Assembly (NCBI GenBank): GCA_964455375.1
Contig: CAYVXE010000003.1
Coordinates: 2,522-66,521, forward strand
Direction of reading: 5' to 3'
Source of the DNA: an uncultured Calditrichaceae bacterium
GTDB lineage: Bacteria > Zhuqueibacterota > Zhuqueibacteria > Oceanimicrobiales > Oceanimicrobiaceae
DNA length: 64,000 nucleotides
Positions 61,415 to 64,000 of the stretch are shown here, piece by piece. Below the pieces are notes generated by a model. That model made no database searches, was not told the origin of the DNA, and saw only the letters and a list, made by a program, of their open reading frames with translations. The number at the start of each line of letters is the position of its first letter. Within the stretch, counting starts at the first letter, position 1. The position numbers were made by a program, and so were the translations under genes.

Positions 61415-62236
61415 ATGGAATCAAATGTGGTTTATCTGGGTGGTTTTATTCTTGCCACAACGGCTGCTGTGGTGTCTTATCGATTAAAACTGTTGACCAG
61501 AGGGGGGGCGTTCGTTGCTTTTCTGATGGGGTGGATCGTTTTCAGCCTGGGTCAACTTCCATTTAGTGCGCCGATATTATTCTTTTTTGTCTCGTCTAAC
61601 CTGTTGTCAAAAACTAATCACACGCAAAAGTCAAGGTTATATATTTTTGCTAATGATATGGATCGAAGAAATTGGTTTCAAGTCTTCGCGAATGGATTTG
61701 TACCAACCATTCTGGTCATTGCCTGGAGTTTTAAGCATGACATGCGGGTTGTGTTTCTTTTTCTCATCGCTCTGGCATCGGCAACATCGGACACATGGGC
61801 CAGTGAAATCGGAATTCTGTCACAGAAAAAACCACGTTCCATTATTTCATTTAAGCCGGCAGACGCAGGCAGCTCTGGCGGAGTCACGTTGCTTGGTTTC
61901 TGGGGAGCTGCTATCGGATCTTTTTCCCTTGCAATAACGGGGGGATGGATTTTTTATCGTTTGGCCCACATAAATTTTACCTGGTATCATATCTTTTCGA
62001 TTTTCGCGATCGGAGTGTTTTCACAGACCGTCGATAGTATTTTAGGTGCCAGTTTACAAGCAAAGTATCTTTGTCCGGTTTGCCAAAAAACAATTGAAAA
62101 ACCAACACACCTGGAACACGGTCCGGCCCGCTGTGTTGCCGGGTTTTCCTGGGTGGACAATAGCGTAGTTAACTTATTCTCCATTATCATCGGCACGCTG
62201 GTCGGATGGTTGAGTTTAGGGACAATGCAACAGTAA
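61415..62236 (+). CDS. DUF92/TMEM19-like integral membrane protein with C-terminal Cys cluster
   Basis: 273 aa, multi-TM. C-terminal YLCPVCQKTIEKPTHLEHGPARCVAG carries a CxxC...C motif. Confidence 0.55.
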   Translation: MESNVVYLGGFILATTAAVVSYRLKLLTRGGAFVAFLMGWIVFSLGQLPFSAPILFFFVSSNLLSKTNHTQKSRLYIFANDMDRRNWFQVFANGFVPTILVIAWSFKHDMRVVFLFLIALASATSDTWASEIGILSQKKPRSIISFKPADAGSSGGVTLLGFWGAAIGSFSLAITGGWIFYRLAHINFTWYHIFSIFAIGVFSQTVDSILGASLQAKYLCPVCQKTIEKPTHLEHGPARCVAGFSWVDNSVVNLFSIIIGTLVGWLSLGTMQQ

Positions 62237-62248
62237 AGGAATGAAAAT

Positions 62249-62545
62249 ATGGCACTGAAAAAAAAATGGAAAATCGGTCTGTTCATCACAAGTATTTTTG
62301 TGTTGATTATTTATTTGTTTTTTGCGGGTGACTACAATTTATATCATTTATGGAAATTGAAGCAGAAGAGGAAAGCGTTGATTTCTGAGATTGCAAATCA
62401 GAAGAAAAAAAACTTGGACCTCCAGACAGAAATTCAAAAATTAAAAGCAGATTCCACACATATAGAGAAGATTGCCCGTGAAAAATATACCATGGGCAAA
62501 AAAGGCGAAACGATTTATAAATTCAATCAGAAGGCACAGAAGTGA
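62249..62545 (+). CDS. ftsB: Septum formation initiator (FtsB/DivIC-like)
   Basis: 98 aa. Single N-terminal TM followed by a coiled coil (LKQKRKALISEIANQKKKNLDLQTEIQKLKAD), which is the FtsB/FtsL architecture. Confidence 0.6.
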   Translation: MALKKKWKIGLFITSIFVLIIYLFFAGDYNLYHLWKLKQKRKALISEIANQKKKNLDLQTEIQKLKADSTHIEKIAREKYTMGKKGETIYKFNQKAQK

Positions 62546-63231
62546 GCGATTCAAAACCCTTGGTGCCAAAAGGAGGCATCGGTAAAAAATTCAGAGCTTA
62601 TTTTTTAACCGGATTGCTGGTATTGGTTCCTTTAGCTGTAACGTATTTTATCATCAAACTTTTATTTCTTTCAATCGATGATATCTTAAACGATTTTGTA
62701 TCCAGGCTTCTATACAGATTCGGTCTTGAAATTGGTGGAAGAAGAATTCCAGGCATTGGTTTTATCACGTTAATCTTAATCATTACCTTTACCGGGTTGT
62801 TTACACGAAATTATTTCGGTAAAAAGCTGGTGGATTTGGGCGATCGATTGATGCAGAGAATTCCTTTGATTAATCGTGTTTATGGCGCTACAAAACAAAT
62901 CAGTCAGGCTTTTTTTTCGGCAAAGCGAGAGGTTTTTAAAAAGGCCGTTTTGTTTGAATATCCCAGGAAAGGAATTTATTCCATCGGGTTTTATACGCAG
63001 GATACCAGGGGGTCTGTTCAGGACGCGCTGGAAGACGACGTCGTGAGTGTTTTTTTGCCAACGACCCCAAATCCGACGTCTGGCTTTTTGCTGTTTGTGA
63101 AAAAGGCGGAAATGGTTGAATTAGATCTCACCATTGAAGAAGCGTTGAAGCTGGTTATTTCCGGCGGAGCTATCGTACCTGATGCTAATAAGAATCCAAC
63201 AAGAATTCAAAACCCGAAAAACAAGGGTTAA
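62542..63231 (+). CDS. DUF502 family membrane protein
   Basis: 229 aa. Two N-terminal TMs and a conserved IPLINRVYGATKQ motif. Confidence 0.6.
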   Translation: MSDSKPLVPKGGIGKKFRAYFLTGLLVLVPLAVTYFIIKLLFLSIDDILNDFVSRLLYRFGLEIGGRRIPGIGFITLILIITFTGLFTRNYFGKKLVDLGDRLMQRIPLINRVYGATKQISQAFFSAKREVFKKAVLFEYPRKGIYSIGFYTQDTRGSVQDALEDDVVSVFLPTTPNPTSGFLLFVKKAEMVELDLTIEEALKLVISGGAIVPDANKNPTRIQNPKNKG

Positions 63232-63246
63232 TTTCCATAGAGAAAA

Positions 63247-64000
63247 ATGTGTTTGAGTAAATTAATGGCATGGACCATTTTAGCAACTGGAGTACTTAGC
63301 GGGTCTCCGGACGGTCTGGCGATTGCTCAAACAGGCGTTAACACCGAGCCTCTGCTGATGCAACCGCGGTATTCACGATTAAATTTCAACCGGTCGCTTA
63401 ATATTTACGAATGGTTTTACAGATTCAATTACCATAAACGCGTTGGCAAAAAACTGCAATTCCTTTTGCGAGAGAATTATCGTACAACGTTACAGCAAAC
63501 GAAAGCAAAAGATTTATGGAAGGACGATCAGAATTTTGTGGTGCAGTTCACGTATCCCTTTGCTACAAAGCTTATGTTTGAAGCATCGTTCGACTCCCGT
63601 GTTTTGTCGGATCCCTTGGCTGGCTTTGATAACAGTGTGACCTATTATTCCGGCACCACAAAAATACATTATACGCCGTTTAGGAATATAAGGCTATCAC
63701 CGCAAATCAGTCGTCAGTGGCAAACGCAACTGGAGCAAAGCGACCAGGGGGTGGGGTATGGATTAGCCGCGGATGTTGATCGGTTCGATTTTAATGGCTA
63801 CAGCACGAATTTGACATTTTTCGGAGAAAGGGATATATTCCCAAAACGGAGGAACGATGATATTAAATTTCGCTATACGATTAAGCGGCAGTTTTATGAA
63901 TCCACAGCAGATACGCTGGCGATCATTTTTGACCGGTTACGCCGCGATAGTTTCGATGCGTTTACGACCGGTGTTTTTATACGCAACTTAATCCAGTCCC
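63247..64000 (+). CDS. Partial ORF (3' end beyond window): secreted protein, possibly outer-membrane beta-barrel
   Basis: Manual translation is open from ATG 63247 to the window end (251 codons) and is absent from the track because it has no stop. Signal peptide MAWTILATGVLSGSPDGLAIAQ, with alternating hydrophobic beta-strand-like pattern and aromatic-rich segments. Confidence 0.45.
   Translation, partial: MCLSKLMAWTILATGVLSGSPDGLAIAQTGVNTEPLLMQPRYSRLNFNRSLNIYEWFYRFNYHKRVGKKLQFLLRENYRTTLQQTKAKDLWKDDQNFVVQFTYPFATKLMFEASFDSRVLSDPLAGFDNSVTYYSGTTKIHYTPFRNIRLSPQISRQWQTQLEQSDQGVGYGLAADVDRFDFNGYSTNLTFFGERDIFPKRRNDDIKFRYTIKRQFYESTADTLAIIFDRLRRDSFDAFTTGVFIRNLIQS

Noticed and set aside
61381-61566. 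61-aa ORF (+) overlapping the DUF92 gene start
   Set aside because: Out-of-frame overlap with a multi-TM protein ORF, Cys/Gly-rich and spurious.
63443-63640. 65-aa ORF (+) from the track
   Set aside because: It lies in a different frame inside the longer open partial ORF 63247-64000, which has a signal peptide and coherent composition.

Overview
Reading the sequence directly, this 64 kb window is the chromosomal replication-origin region of a low-to-moderate-GC bacterium. Protein similarities and gene order suggest an FCB-group organism (Bacteroidota/Ignavibacteriota/Chlorobi-like), but I could not confirm this. From 0 to 37.5 kb every gene is on the minus strand: aspC-like aminotransferase, pta, coaD, rsmD, a PilN/O-like-pilM-pilin-comEA competence-pilus mini-cluster, dnaJ-grpE-hrcA, ftsXE, pdxA flanked by two methyltransferases, two TPR proteins, thiL, a cluster of two paralogous secreted GATase1-like proteins with a giant double-TM coiled-coil protein, two SurA-like PPIases, mfd, rsmG, mnmG, mnmE, yidC, yidD, rnpA, and an rpmH (47 aa) that the ORF track misses. 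At 37.5 kb the strands switch at an rpmH/dnaA origin-type intergenic region. Then dnaA-dnaN-recF-DUF721-gyrB-gyrA run on the plus strand. Eight perfect 9-mer DnaA boxes (TTATCCACA) occur in total, on both sides of dnaA and, unexpectedly, in a second cluster about 21 kb downstream. The distal region (46.6-64 kb) holds bioY, anmK, a stand-alone cNMP-binding protein coupled to an AI-2E transporter, a phosphodiester glycosidase lipoprotein, a metallophosphoesterase, an LVIVD-repeat lipoprotein, thrB-pyrE-pyrF, DUF1684, a DAACS transporter, and DUF92, FtsB-like and DUF502 genes. The most notable hidden feature is an Spx/ArsC-family gene (52548-52892) whose frame runs through an in-frame TGA exactly at the first Cys of the catalytic CxxC motif (U-T-S-C). 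A small hairpin lies 18 nt downstream of the TGA, so this is a candidate selenoprotein that standard ORF calling truncates to a TTG-start fragment. I found no CRISPR arrays, tRNAs, rRNAs or obvious mobile elements.
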